The notes under the pieces were generated by a model that was not told the DNA's origin, searched no databases, and was given only the letters and a program-made list of their open reading frames with translations. Of a DNA stretch of 32,115 bases, positions 15,401 to 24,510 are shown one piece after another; within the stretch, counting starts at the first letter, position 1; each line of letters starts with the position of its first letter. Position numbers and translations under genes: made by a program. Source of the DNA: a virus (taxonomy: Duplodnaviria; Caudoviricetes); IMG/VR virus record IMGVR_UViG_3300030397_000910, positions 1-32,115 of that record; one strand, given 5' to 3'.

Positions 15401-16246
15401 AGTGAATCCTCCTATACCAAGCTTGAGCGGGTCCTGCTCTCCCTCTCTCGCCTCTCCAATAACACCACGAGCAAACCCCTCACCAGCACCAGTGAGTGCC
15501 TGATGGGTCGCAACCTTTTTAATAATTGCTTTCTTTGCGGCAGCTGAGCCAGCCTTTGCTGCCGCTCCACCACCGATAAGTGTTAGTGGTAGCGATGCTA
15601 AATCAAGCGCAAACTCAACATTCTCAGCCAACACTTGTGTCTTTGTTTTTGCTGTAATTGGTGCAATTCGTGCAATCCTCTGATCAATTTCACCTAACTT
15701 GTCTTGGAGCTGTGTCTCTAGGCTTGTTGCCTCTTGGAACTTTCCATCTTTTCTTAAGTTGTCGAGCTGTAGGCTAAAGTCTTTTTCTAGCTCTTTTCGT
15801 GATACCTGAAGAGACTTAATAACATCATTCTTCTGCAACGCACGCTTGCTCAGTGTTGATCCAAGAAATGAGGAGGTGAACGGAATCTTGTCTGCATTAA
15901 GCACCACATAGTCCCCAAGGTTTTCACCAAAAGTCTTCGCTGACCTAAACCCAACAAATTCTCCAACTGTACTTTGGAGCTTGTTAATTCCACGACCTAC
16001 TTTTGTTTTAGGGTTTCGAATTCTCTCAGCGACAACATTCACAACATTCTTAGCCTTTTGACGACCTTTAGGTGTTGAGAAGATTGGACCGATCAACGCG
16101 TTCTTCCCAACTTCTTTTACCTTAGAGCGAACCTGTTGAAACTTTCGGATTCTTTCCTGTTGTTGTTCTCGCTGCCTATTAATAAAAGCCTTACCCCTTT
16201 CAACAAGTTTTCCAGCTGTTCCTTTAAAGAAGTTTACAAGTCCCAT
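12455..16246 (-). CDS. Large internal virion/DNA ejection protein
   Basis: 1263 aa, helical with Gly/Ala-rich segments. C-terminal motifs IVPFIETPANI, GQITGKGP and GWRPNSIRIGDTWVPY recall large podovirus-type internal proteins. Confidence 0.7.
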   Translation of the reverse strand: MGLVNFFKGTAGKLVERGKAFINRQREQQQERIRKFQQVRSKVKEVGKNALIGPIFSTPKGRQKAKNVVNVVAERIRNPKTKVGRGINKLQSTVGEFVGFRSAKTFGENLGDYVVLNADKIPFTSSFLGSTLSKRALQKNDVIKSLQVSRKELEKDFSLQLDNLRKDGKFQEATSLETQLQDKLGEIDQRIARIAPITAKTKTQVLAENVEFALDLASLPLTLIGGGAAAKAGSAAAKKAIIKKVATHQALTGAGEGFARGVIGEAREGEQDPLKLGIGGFTGAGLGLMFFGGVKATGKVTKKATSKITNVVHKNLQDKLGEISAQKFNGLDDIAKKVGSTEEFLHGFESHRNRISSEINLLEEAETITKGQLQEFKKLQKMRNEVDALLNEGEEGIVRYFEAKKPNASVLTKADPSLNDAQEAVLRHVREVTEERPMTNIEKESVKRIVGVSDEQVADLDVKRARDLVSKKFRLDKFPDQAQDDIAQILLDNGGFTKQRRGVVTDEVAERMARELEPRAALKPGQTLNKEESIALGNALANAQNKYQVLVDQFAELSRRPDPDVNMDLLKLDIQKTQQEIGALSASYFGARAEAGRALQSYRIARKAFETRDVDLITKAIKGDVISDKQIEQVSKHLAALNTPEEKFRFMRNMVKPTLRDWMGWYTYSNMLSSPKTQIRNIVGNMQNMGFRFAAKPFAVGIDSIATGFSKAIGGKREREVFLAELKPEMMGMMSGAQKGFHKAMHMMRNGFTLDDVATGEFATRVEPIRGKAGAVFNSVSRLLEAGDLFFRSIAAEAELQSGAFALAKKKGLKGDDLLDEFKRLADNPPVDLLRRVDAAGKDAVFRTQGGKFVQGLKKMRDVGAIEIITKKGKKIELPAAGRFIVPFIETPANIMKKGVEASPAGFLTALRQDAARDKSLVAGRAALGSLMLAPIAYLAANGQITGKGPQDADLRQQLYDSGWRPNSIRIGDTWVPYTNILPLNLVLSAVGNAHDIWKYDKRGEFEPRDVAGLIARVGGSVLDASYLQGVNNLFNALNDPERFGRRFTENAIRQLIPASALVGNLARSLDDTLRAPESIIEGIKTQIPVLSKQVAPVISGQGTPVKRPGTQIGGFNITEFLSPERIGKKRDDAVLNELERIDYQYSTAKKKVHGYKMKGHTFAEYKSRRNMAIDTLTREVMKNPKWNNLTSSEKAVVLDEIQSEVNKSMKVFVQNSAADDMIKKLNSLDSNTEKKKFLKKSLENKVINNDIFELILQKLLTQ

Positions 16247-16255
16247 TGATTTTAC

Positions 16256-17089
16256 TTAGTCTGGAAATATTTGATTGAGTGCCTGGTCTGCAGACCTTCC
16301 ACCGAGAAGCTCATCAAGTGGTGAGCCACTGGACTTGGTTCCAGCAGATGCACTAAACTTCCCCTTAAGTCTGTTGAGAAGCCGAGCATCATCGTCGCTT
16401 AGTGATACACTGAGGACATCTCGAGCATCAAGCCCTGTTCGTCCAATGAACTCATTTAAGGGTGTCCCCCGGCCACCATGTGAGAGGATAAGCCCACCTG
16501 ATTCTGGATTAATTTGAATATCACCACCACGCTCACGGGCCATGCGTCGGATCTTGTCAAAGCTTGTCTCTTCTTTTCGTGATGCCTTTCGTGCTGCACG
16601 AGCCGCTGCTGCCTGTGACAACGCAAGCCGTGCCCTCGACATCTGATTGCTAAACTCTTGCTGCCTTCTCCGATTTAGCTCGGACTCATACTTCTGCATT
16701 GCATCAAGAAGTGCATGCTCGCGAGCAACCTGTGACTTAAATCCTTCAGTGGCTGTAGTCACAATGTTTTCAATACGCTGTCGACGAATATCAAGGCCCT
16801 TCTCAATTGTAGAAAGTGCTGCTCTTTTACTAGCAACCCTCTGCTCGATCATCTGTTTTCGAACAAATGGGTTTGTGATCCCACGATCTTTCAAGTCTTG
16901 TCGAACCTGCTCACGAAGAACAGGGATTTCTGCACGCTGCTTCTCGATAGCACCAACAAATCTTTCCTCAGAGTCTGCAGTCTTTTCTGTTATTGCCCCA
17001 CGAAGAGCAGAAGCAAAATCTGTATCCGATGGTCCAGATATGATCTGAGCCCTTCGCTCAAAAATGTCTTGTAGTGACGGTGTTGCCAT
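16256..17089 (-). CDS. Putative internal virion/ejection protein
   Basis: 277 aa, helical and charged, between the tail genes and the large ejection protein. Confidence 0.6.
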   Translation of the reverse strand: MATPSLQDIFERRAQIISGPSDTDFASALRGAITEKTADSEERFVGAIEKQRAEIPVLREQVRQDLKDRGITNPFVRKQMIEQRVASKRAALSTIEKGLDIRRQRIENIVTTATEGFKSQVAREHALLDAMQKYESELNRRRQQEFSNQMSRARLALSQAAAARAARKASRKEETSFDKIRRMARERGGDIQINPESGGLILSHGGRGTPLNEFIGRTGLDARDVLSVSLSDDDARLLNRLKGKFSASAGTKSSGSPLDELLGGRSADQALNQIFPD

Positions 17090-17098
17090 AATGTTTTC

Positions 17099-18067
17099 CT
17101 AAAATCTAGAACGAACAGCAGAAAGTTCTTCTTGTAGCTTTCCAATCTCCTGCTCTCTTTTTCCAATTTGTGAAGCACGCTCCGCCTGAAGCTTTGCGAA
17201 CTCTTGCTCTTCTCGTATTCGCTCTGACTCAACATCCTTTTCAACAGCCTCTTTGCGAGCCTCTTCAATTGTTTCCCGCTTCGCTTCTTCTTGGAGTTGT
17301 GATGTTTCAGTAAATCGATCAAGCGCTCTTTTCCGATCCTCTTCTTGTTGTTCAAATGATCGCTCCACATCCTGTCGGCGCTCAGTCCTCTGGATATCCC
17401 CAAGCCCTGCTTGCCGCTGAGCAACACCAGCCCCAACAATTCCTCTCAACCTAGCAGCACGACGCTCACCAATAATATCAATCATTTCTTGACGCTCAGC
17501 CCGCTTAAAGAAAATGCCAAGCTTTTCTTGTGCTCGCTTCTGTGCAGTACCAAAGTCCTCACGTCGACGACGTCGCTCAACGCCGACAACCTTTAGGTAT
17601 TGATCCAATTGCTTTTTAAAGAATGGGTTAAACTCTGCCTCAGATCGGACACGTGCAGCAGCTTCATCAAACTCAGGGGGCCGAAGTTCTGGCAGTGCAC
17701 CAATCTGACCAACAATCACAGAGATTGCATCCTGCAGGCTTTTCTCTTGGTCTCGAAGATTCTGCAACCTTCGCAACTCAACTTCCTCTGCAGATACCGA
17801 TCGCAACCCAGCACCACCACCAAACCCACCCCCACCGAAGAATTGTGGTTCTGGCTCAGGCTCTGGTTCGGGCTCAAATCGTTGTGTTGGTGGGATAAAC
17901 TGATTGGCAACAGCAGTTCGTGTTGTTGTAAATGGGGTGGAGGGATCAGGTGCTTGTTGTCGAACAGACTCACGTCGAAGTCTTGCACGACGCCTTCCTG
18001 TTCCTCTTTGCACAGCTGAATCTATTGTTCTTCGTAAAAAGCTCTTTGCTCTGCTTAGGAATGCCAT
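17099..18067 (-). CDS. Putative internal virion/ejection protein
   Basis: 322 aa: Arg-rich N-terminus, (EP)n and Gly tracts, and a long E/R/Q coiled coil. Confidence 0.6.
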   Translation of the reverse strand: MAFLSRAKSFLRRTIDSAVQRGTGRRRARLRRESVRQQAPDPSTPFTTTRTAVANQFIPPTQRFEPEPEPEPEPQFFGGGGFGGGAGLRSVSAEEVELRRLQNLRDQEKSLQDAISVIVGQIGALPELRPPEFDEAAARVRSEAEFNPFFKKQLDQYLKVVGVERRRRREDFGTAQKRAQEKLGIFFKRAERQEMIDIIGERRAARLRGIVGAGVAQRQAGLGDIQRTERRQDVERSFEQQEEDRKRALDRFTETSQLQEEAKRETIEEARKEAVEKDVESERIREEQEFAKLQAERASQIGKREQEIGKLQEELSAVRSRF

Positions 18068-18069
18068 AA

Positions 18070-18276
18070 CTATTCGTTATCGATTTTAGTATACTGCCCA
18101 CCTTCAAACCTATAATTAAGCAGGCTGTCTATTTCTTTTGGAATACTCTTATCCTCTACAATATGCCAAATAATATCATCCTCAGTGAGTCCTCCAGGTG
18201 TAACAAGTACTGTCTTTTTCATCCCACTCTGTGTACCAACAATATGGTTGTTGTGCTTGTTAATGAATAATACCAT
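18070..18276 (-). CDS. Hypothetical tail-region protein
   Basis: 68 aa, abutting both neighbours. Confidence 0.6.
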   Translation of the reverse strand: MVLFINKHNNHIVGTQSGMKKTVLVTPGGLTEDDIIWHIVEDKSIPKEIDSLLNYRFEGGQYTKIDNE

Positions 18277-19293
18277 CTAAGTTATTGAATCTTTAAATAT
18301 GTAGTACCGAAATGGGTATGTCCCATCAATATTCCAATCAGGTGCAATAGTTGGATCATCCATTTCTATACGAATCTTCAGTGTATTGTTGTCCGTAAAG
18401 GCCAAACATGTACCCTTTGTTGGAAGTGCATTGGCAAGAAAGTGCGGAACCTGTCGTGCATTTCCACCAGATTCATTATAAAACACTGAAAATGCTGGTG
18501 GATACCCAAGACTGTGCGACACATCGGCCTTTCCATATGCTGTACGAACGCGATCATTGGTTGCATGTGTTGTTGCAGTGGACCCCCAATACCCTCTTGT
18601 ACATCCAGTAAATGTTGTTGCTGTTGTTCCCGTATATGCAACGGCCTCTGCAGTACCAAGGCCAGCCTCCTCTATCCATATAACACCACTACTATCGAAT
18701 CCAGCTGTTGAGTTAACGGTAATTGTTGTTACTGCTGCAGTATGTGCCCCATTAATTGTGTCCGCTGCAATAGTTACATTTGCTGTCCCATTCGTCTCCT
18801 CCTTAAATGTCTTAAAGCGACTTGTCAAAGAAAGGTCTGTATCCTCTGCAGTAAGTACATTGTTGCCAGTTGTTGACACTTTAATCCCATAATCCTGTTG
18901 ATCTGTTGCGCTACCCGTAGCATCTTCTGCTGGATCAACGAGAATAAAGTAATATCCTGTTTCTGTTGTTTGACAATCAATATTTAAATTTGTCGAATCT
19001 GTCCAATACACCGTCCCCTGTGCCCCACCAGTAGATGTAGTACTTTGGTCAAACCCACAAAACAAGTAATTGCCACTATTTGCTTCAGCATCTGTGTAGG
19101 TTTGAAAGACCAGCGCTGCTGGCTCAAACGACAACCCATGAGCAACGGTGTCTGTGGCACCACCAATTGATATACTTCCCTTCGCCAATATCTTCCACCC
19201 CTTAAACTTCGAACTATAAATTAGATCCTCATCATCCGCATCAAAGACGCTGAATCCTGGCTTTGAAACTTTTAATCCGTAGCTTTCTACCAT
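18277..19293 (-). CDS. Tail structural protein with two YG(L/I)KVS repeat domains
   Basis: YGLKVSKPGFSVFDADDEDLIYSSKFK and YGIKVSTTGNNVLTAEDTDLSLTSRFK, each followed by H(G/S)L(S/G)(F/Y)xP. Confidence 0.7.
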   Translation of the reverse strand: MVESYGLKVSKPGFSVFDADDEDLIYSSKFKGWKILAKGSISIGGATDTVAHGLSFEPAALVFQTYTDAEANSGNYLFCGFDQSTTSTGGAQGTVYWTDSTNLNIDCQTTETGYYFILVDPAEDATGSATDQQDYGIKVSTTGNNVLTAEDTDLSLTSRFKTFKEETNGTANVTIAADTINGAHTAAVTTITVNSTAGFDSSGVIWIEEAGLGTAEAVAYTGTTATTFTGCTRGYWGSTATTHATNDRVRTAYGKADVSHSLGYPPAFSVFYNESGGNARQVPHFLANALPTKGTCLAFTDNNTLKIRIEMDDPTIAPDWNIDGTYPFRYYIFKDSIT

Positions 19294-19295
19294 GT

Positions 19296-19718
19296 CTATG
19301 ACTGAGCTGTATCAATTGCGTAATACCAATACACATTAAAGTCCTGTGTTCCGTTCGCAGTATCTGTACCAATATCGAGGTAAACTGTAATCTTTGTCGT
19401 CGTGATGTCTGTCCAGATAAACCCAGGAATTGTTCCTGAAAGAACTGATGCTATACCCGGCTGCGTTCTACAGAAATTGGTCGAATTGTATCGCTTGCTA
19501 TCAATAAGTGTGAATGTCTGTGCCCATGGCCTGTACCCAAGGCTATGTGTAACAACATCAACACTCGCTGACGATGATCCATTGGTTAGTGAAAGTGTTG
19601 CCTCACCCTGTTCCTTAAGCTTGAGTGTGTTTGCCTCACTAGTAAACACGAGGTCTTTTGCAGCAGCATCAAGAACATTGTCACCATTTGCACTTATCTT
19701 AAGACCATAGTTTGCCAT
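19296..19718 (-). CDS. Tail structural protein with one YGLKIS domain
   Basis: Paralogous to the repeats of 18277..19293. Confidence 0.7.
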   Translation of the reverse strand: MANYGLKISANGDNVLDAAAKDLVFTSEANTLKLKEQGEATLSLTNGSSSASVDVVTHSLGYRPWAQTFTLIDSKRYNSTNFCRTQPGIASVLSGTIPGFIWTDITTTKITVYLDIGTDTANGTQDFNVYWYYAIDTAQS

Positions 19719-19724
19719 AGAAGC

Positions 19725-20024
19725 CTAGAAACCATCTTTTTGAAATCCCAAAATCACTCGAGGATTCGACCCATCATGTATAACAATCCTTCGATTCTTT
19801 CCATCAATTGTTATATTTTGATCCGCGATAGTAATCTCTGTCTTTGCGCTAATACTTCCCGATATAATCTTGTCAGCAGAAACAGTGCCAATCTTTGCAG
19901 TTTGAATAGAGTTGTCAGACAAGTTGCTGTCGAAATCTAATGGGCTTAAAGTATTCCCCGAGTTATCCCCAAGGTCTTGTTCTCGTATCAGGAATTCATT
20001 GTAACCCTCGTCTAAGTAGCTCAT
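19725..20024 (-). CDS. Small tail protein
   Basis: 99 aa, TAKIGTVSADKIISGSI...ITIDGKNRRIVIHDG..RVILG. Confidence 0.65.
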   Translation of the reverse strand: MSYLDEGYNEFLIREQDLGDNSGNTLSPLDFDSNLSDNSIQTAKIGTVSADKIISGSISAKTEITIADQNITIDGKNRRIVIHDGSNPRVILGFQKDGF

Positions 20025-21667
20025 GTTCCAAAGTCTTTGTCATGCTCAAACTCCATCGTTAGGGACTTAATCTTTGGCCCTGTCTGTGTACCAGACTCAT
20101 TAATCTTGAACTGCACCCATGTGCCAATAGCATCAGGAATTTGTGCGTATGAGACCAAGTGATTGAGTTGTCCAAGCGGCTTCCAGTCAGTCACACTATC
20201 TCCCCGACCGACACGGTAATACAGTGCTGCGCCTTCACCATTCTCAGATGTTATCCACACACCCTTGTAGCGCTTTAATTTGTACGGTGTCTGCTGTTCA
20301 AACTTGCGCGTCTGTAGCTCAAAGCTTATATCCCGAGTGTCATTACTTGTTCCATCATTGAACTTGTACACCTCTGCAGTATTTGCAAAATACAAGTCGA
20401 ATACACCATTGCTATCAATAAAGCTTCCACCAATCTTCCCTTGGATATCATCACGAATATGCCAAACCTTTTGATATCGATCATAGACCAGCATCACATT
20501 GTTAAGTGCTGGGTTGCGATCACCTTCTGAAACATTGCCAATCCACAAGTAGTACTTCTGATCATCTGCCATTGACCACACATTCTCATAGTTTGTTGAA
20601 GACATGTTTTGTAGATATGCCTCAACTTTCTTCGAAATAAGGACAGGCGAGCGACCATCATAAAGGTACACACCAGGTACACGACCCCTATGGAAGAAGA
20701 ATGTTTGTCGGTCAATTGTTTGGATGGATCTGTGTGTTGGTGTTCCAATTGTGCTAGATACAGTAACTAATGAGCTCTCATCCCAGCGATGCATCGAGCC
20801 CTCCTTGAACACGATGAGCCTATTATTGTTCTCTGCAAGCCCAGTAATCTCTGAACCAAGACCATCACGCACCTCAAACCAATTGCCACCAACTGAGTAT
20901 GTGCTGTTCGTAGTGGTATTTGTGAGCGTTGTTGTAAGTGTGATCTGTGTTGCTGAATCAATACTACTTACCGTATATGTCCCCGTATTCGTCCCTGTGG
21001 TGATTTGGAATGGATCTCCTGGCTGGATGCCTCGAGCCAAGAAAGATGCGCTAGCGCTCGTTACAACAGCACTGGAGGCAGTCTGTGCAAGGTCTGTGCC
21101 CGTCTCTCGATTCCACTCTACACTCTCACGATCTGGTTCCGCGTTATACCACACCTTAACATCCTGTCCAGTTAGCCCTGCCTCATCAGCGAGATTCGCA
21201 ACATACAACAGCCCATTCGCTTTCTTAAGGTACTTACCCTTAGGCATATTGGTGACATTTGTTGTCGTACTCCAAGTAGTGGCGTCTGCTGAACTAACAG
21301 GTTGGTCTGTGCCGTTAGAGTAGTATGCGTACCCAAGATAGGTCTCAAAAGTTCCATCAAGGTCAGCGGTGAGACTTGAGTATCGAGATGTCCATGTTCC
21401 AGAAACATTCTCATAAATATCTTGGTCGTATACCGCAAGGTGGTGCCGTGTCCCATCTTCTTCGTAGAATCCATGCATTGCCCGTGGATCTTCTGATGCC
21501 TCAACGGTTCCACCCTCTTGTGTATAGCCAGCAGCCTTCTCCACACCCCCAATAAAATCTGTGTCGACATTGAGGGCAAGGTTCAACTCAGAATCACGCA
21601 TCAACTCATCGGTTGTTGCGACATTCATGAACCCTGACAGGTTGTTGACTACTTGTTTCTGTGGCAT
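20021..21667 (-). CDS. Tail nozzle/DNA stabilisation protein (P22 gp10 or T7 tubular B-like)
   Basis: 548 aa, beta-propeller-like (EITGLAENNNRLIVFKE, GVYLYDG, LVYD...W). Follows the adaptor gene. Confidence 0.75.
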   Translation of the reverse strand: MPQKQVVNNLSGFMNVATTDELMRDSELNLALNVDTDFIGGVEKAAGYTQEGGTVEASEDPRAMHGFYEEDGTRHHLAVYDQDIYENVSGTWTSRYSSLTADLDGTFETYLGYAYYSNGTDQPVSSADATTWSTTTNVTNMPKGKYLKKANGLLYVANLADEAGLTGQDVKVWYNAEPDRESVEWNRETGTDLAQTASSAVVTSASASFLARGIQPGDPFQITTGTNTGTYTVSSIDSATQITLTTTLTNTTTNSTYSVGGNWFEVRDGLGSEITGLAENNNRLIVFKEGSMHRWDESSLVTVSSTIGTPTHRSIQTIDRQTFFFHRGRVPGVYLYDGRSPVLISKKVEAYLQNMSSTNYENVWSMADDQKYYLWIGNVSEGDRNPALNNVMLVYDRYQKVWHIRDDIQGKIGGSFIDSNGVFDLYFANTAEVYKFNDGTSNDTRDISFELQTRKFEQQTPYKLKRYKGVWITSENGEGAALYYRVGRGDSVTDWKPLGQLNHLVSYAQIPDAIGTWVQFKINESGTQTGPKIKSLTMEFEHDKDFGT

Positions 21668-21670
21668 AGG

Positions 21671-23011
21671 CTATCGTGTTCTACGCTGCTTATATTGAGG
21701 GTTGAAGATAAATCGCTGTGTTCGTCCATGGTTTCGTATCTCCATTCCAACCATTCTGTCCCGAGCAACAATGTATTGATTCATCAGGTTTGTCGCACGG
21801 CGTGGTTCGTCCTTGATCTCCATCACCTTTGCCATCGCATACAACTTCAATACACGCGACTCTGGTATTCGGCTGATGTCTCCACCACTATCAAGTGAAA
21901 GCGGCTTCATGCGATAGAGGATCTTTACACCGTTCGCAACTGCAGTATCAGGTGTTGGGTAGAGGTAAATTCTTCCACCCCATAGTGCAAACGCTTCAAA
22001 GTCGTCACTCTCTGCACTATTGTTTTCCACCAGCTCTACGTACTCCTGATAGCTCACCTCTCGTAGTGCATCAGTCTCATTGGTTCCATCATTGCCCCGA
22101 ACACTGAGTACTGCTTGAAAGTCTGAAGGAAGGTCGTACGACACCTGGCTCGCAACTGTTGTGATATTCACATCTGCATCCCACCACCAGAGATCTTTTG
22201 ATTTTGACCATACATCCTCCTGTGCCTCATCGAGTAGGCGCATCAGCTCGTCATCGGAGAAGGTTGTGCTGTTCTCTATGCGCTCTCCTGTTTGGAATCG
22301 TATGTCTTCAATGATCTTTCGTGTAGCATTGCGATCACTGCCACTTGCAGAAATAACATCAGACAGACTCGAAACACTCGCAGTAGTGGAGTTGTAGTAT
22401 GCAACTCGGTAGAAATCCTCTGCAATACCATCCGTGTCGTCCCATGTCGTGTCGTGCCGATCAATCTGTGCAGCAATTGTTGTTTGTGCAGAGAAGAGAA
22501 TTGCTTTATATGTATGACCAGCTGCAGACTCCTCTTCAAAGGGGATAGTGAGTGTGACCTGTGTTGCTGAGTCTATGCTCGCGATGTCGTAAAACTTTTC
22601 ATTGATCTGCAATGAGTGGCTTGTTGTGACATTTCCACCTGTAAAGGTTGTTCCCACACCAGTAATCGTCTTCGATCCATGGGTCACTGTAAGCGATCCT
22701 GTGCTGTATGCAGCAGAAGTATCCCCAAGGAAGAATCGAACCTGGTTGTACTTAATAAAGGCAACCTGTGTATCTGAGGAGTGGGCGAAGCTTGTTGTTC
22801 CAGAAAGCGCCAAGGTCGTCGCATTTGTCACTGAAGAGATTTGCACAATCTCAGCCTTCTCTGTTCCAGGTTGCTCAAGGACAACATAATCATTTGCTGT
22901 GAATCCAGCAGTATTCCGAACTGTCAGTGACGATGCGCCAGACGCTGCACTTGTTGAGAGTGTAGTCCTGACCTTGTCTGAAACATTGTAGTTTCTCGCC
23001 TTAATAAACAT
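21671..23011 (-). CDS. Head-tail adaptor (tubular A-like) fused to N-terminal beta domains
   Basis: The C-terminal half has FSDDELMRLLDEAQ, SYDLPSDF and IYLYPTPD. The N-terminal half is Thr/Ser-rich. Confidence 0.75.
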   Translation of the reverse strand: MFIKARNYNVSDKVRTTLSTSAASGASSLTVRNTAGFTANDYVVLEQPGTEKAEIVQISSVTNATTLALSGTTSFAHSSDTQVAFIKYNQVRFFLGDTSAAYSTGSLTVTHGSKTITGVGTTFTGGNVTTSHSLQINEKFYDIASIDSATQVTLTIPFEEESAAGHTYKAILFSAQTTIAAQIDRHDTTWDDTDGIAEDFYRVAYYNSTTASVSSLSDVISASGSDRNATRKIIEDIRFQTGERIENSTTFSDDELMRLLDEAQEDVWSKSKDLWWWDADVNITTVASQVSYDLPSDFQAVLSVRGNDGTNETDALREVSYQEYVELVENNSAESDDFEAFALWGGRIYLYPTPDTAVANGVKILYRMKPLSLDSGGDISRIPESRVLKLYAMAKVMEIKDEPRRATNLMNQYIVARDRMVGMEIRNHGRTQRFIFNPQYKQRRTR

Positions 23012-23012
23012 A

Positions 23013-23258
23013 CTATTTCGTTATATGGTTGCACCCCATAATAGGGCAGCCTTTTTCTGAAAGGTAGATTTTATGAGCAGTACAGAATTTCTTAAATGTT
23101 GGCACTCCATTAATTCCTTTCGACTCAATCAATCTATGATTATCACCATTCCACCATCTTGGAACTGACTCTTCCTTAGTATATGCATCATACTCATAAT
23201 ATCGATCAACAACCTTTTTTTGTGGAGACCAAGTCTTATTTGTTTTAACAATTTCCAT
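23013..23258 (-). CDS. Hypothetical protein
   Basis: 81 aa, coupled to neighbours, with a C-terminal C/H cluster. Confidence 0.55.
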   Translation of the reverse strand: MEIVKTNKTWSPQKKVVDRYYEYDAYTKEESVPRWWNGDNHRLIESKGINGVPTFKKFCTAHKIYLSEKGCPIMGCNHITK

Positions 23259-24034
23259 TAGTTCAGCTCACCAATTGCAAGCCATGTATAAGCATTGTAT
23301 TGGTTTGACGGAATTGCTGTATAGATTCGATATGCAGCAGTAAAGCCAGTTGTTGTTACATCTTCTGTTGAGGCCGCCCAAAGACCGGAGGTTTTGTGTG
23401 TCGAATTAAAATCCCCGAGACTGGTTGGTGGTGATCCAGCTTCATAAAATCCAGCACTGGATATTAAAGGAATCGGTTCTTGGGAAAATGTGATGCCAAA
23501 CGTTACTGATTCTGTGTAGTAGGAAAGTGCACCATCGCCAACCTTAAATCCCCAACCACTAAGCAATACAGTGTTCTCCTCATAGCTGTTGGTCGTATCG
23601 TCCTGCCGAAGAACCTTAATCTTCACTAACTTGCTGGTTCCAGCATTAATAATGGTGTGTCCGTCTTGGTTGTTGGCACCAATTGTAATGTTGTCCGACG
23701 TGTCTGCCTTAATCAATTCAACTGTTCCAGTACCCGCATTATCGGTCGCTTGATAATACGCATTGTTATCAATCTCGCAGGCAGTCGGCTTTAGTGTGCT
23801 GGTTTCCCCATCATCACCACTGTGATCATGCGCTTTAAACCTTCCAGAAGCGTGGTCAAGCATATAGTCATGACTTGTGACTACAGAACTACTATCAATG
23901 CCCACCTTGTCTTGAAGGGCTTCAATGGTGTCATTTTTATCTGCATGTAGCCCAGCATGATCAGGACTGTTCAACTTGTCCGTTGACGTTGGATTGGTGA
24001 ACGACTGCTTACTTGTTGGAAATGTTGTTGACAT
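23258..24034 (-). CDS. Short tail fibre/appendage protein
   Basis: N-terminal anchor (TFPTSKQSF...IEALQDKVG), HDHSG, and C-terminal VTFGITFSQEP...VTTTGF...WLAIG typical of fibre tips. Confidence 0.7.
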   Translation of the reverse strand: MSTTFPTSKQSFTNPTSTDKLNSPDHAGLHADKNDTIEALQDKVGIDSSSVVTSHDYMLDHASGRFKAHDHSGDDGETSTLKPTACEIDNNAYYQATDNAGTGTVELIKADTSDNITIGANNQDGHTIINAGTSKLVKIKVLRQDDTTNSYEENTVLLSGWGFKVGDGALSYYTESVTFGITFSQEPIPLISSAGFYEAGSPPTSLGDFNSTHKTSGLWAASTEDVTTTGFTAAYRIYTAIPSNQYNAYTWLAIGELN

Positions 24035-24038
24035 ATTT

Positions 24039-24506
24039 CTAGTAATCTATTGAAATCTGTGGTTTTTCTGCTTGGAAGTTCCCGCTATAGAAGAAATCTT
24101 CGTCGCTATATTCCACACTTGAATCATTATATGTTGGGATATCTGCCAACTCTCCCTTAATTGTATCAATAAGAACAAATGGTTGTTCGACAGATATGGA
24201 TATCTCCGGCTTCTCTGCTTGGAAGTTTGTGGAGTACTGGAAGTCTGGGTCACTATATTCCACTGAGGAGTCATTGTATTCTGGTATCTCGTATAATGAT
24301 CCCTCAATTGTATCTAGTATAACAGACGGTCGATCGTCAATCATAGATACCTGCACTTGTGGACTTTCACCAGTGCTTCCAATTAATCCGCTATAAAAGG
24401 TACTCGTGTCGTTATAATCAAGCGAAGAATCATTGTATTCTGGTGCATCGTCCGCATGACCTTTTATGCCATCTATATATACAACTGGCGCTGGTCCTTG
24501 GGTCAT
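24039..24506 (-). CDS. Acidic protein built from three ~50-aa repeats
   Basis: Three units of ID(G/T)I(K/E)G...P(E/T)YNDSSx(D/E)Y(N/S)D...YS...E(S/K)P(Q/E)(V/I). Confidence 0.7.
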   Translation of the reverse strand: MTQGPAPVVYIDGIKGHADDAPEYNDSSLDYNDTSTFYSGLIGSTGESPQVQVSMIDDRPSVILDTIEGSLYEIPEYNDSSVEYSDPDFQYSTNFQAEKPEISISVEQPFVLIDTIKGELADIPTYNDSSVEYSDEDFFYSGNFQAEKPQISIDY

Positions 24507-24510
24507 ATCT

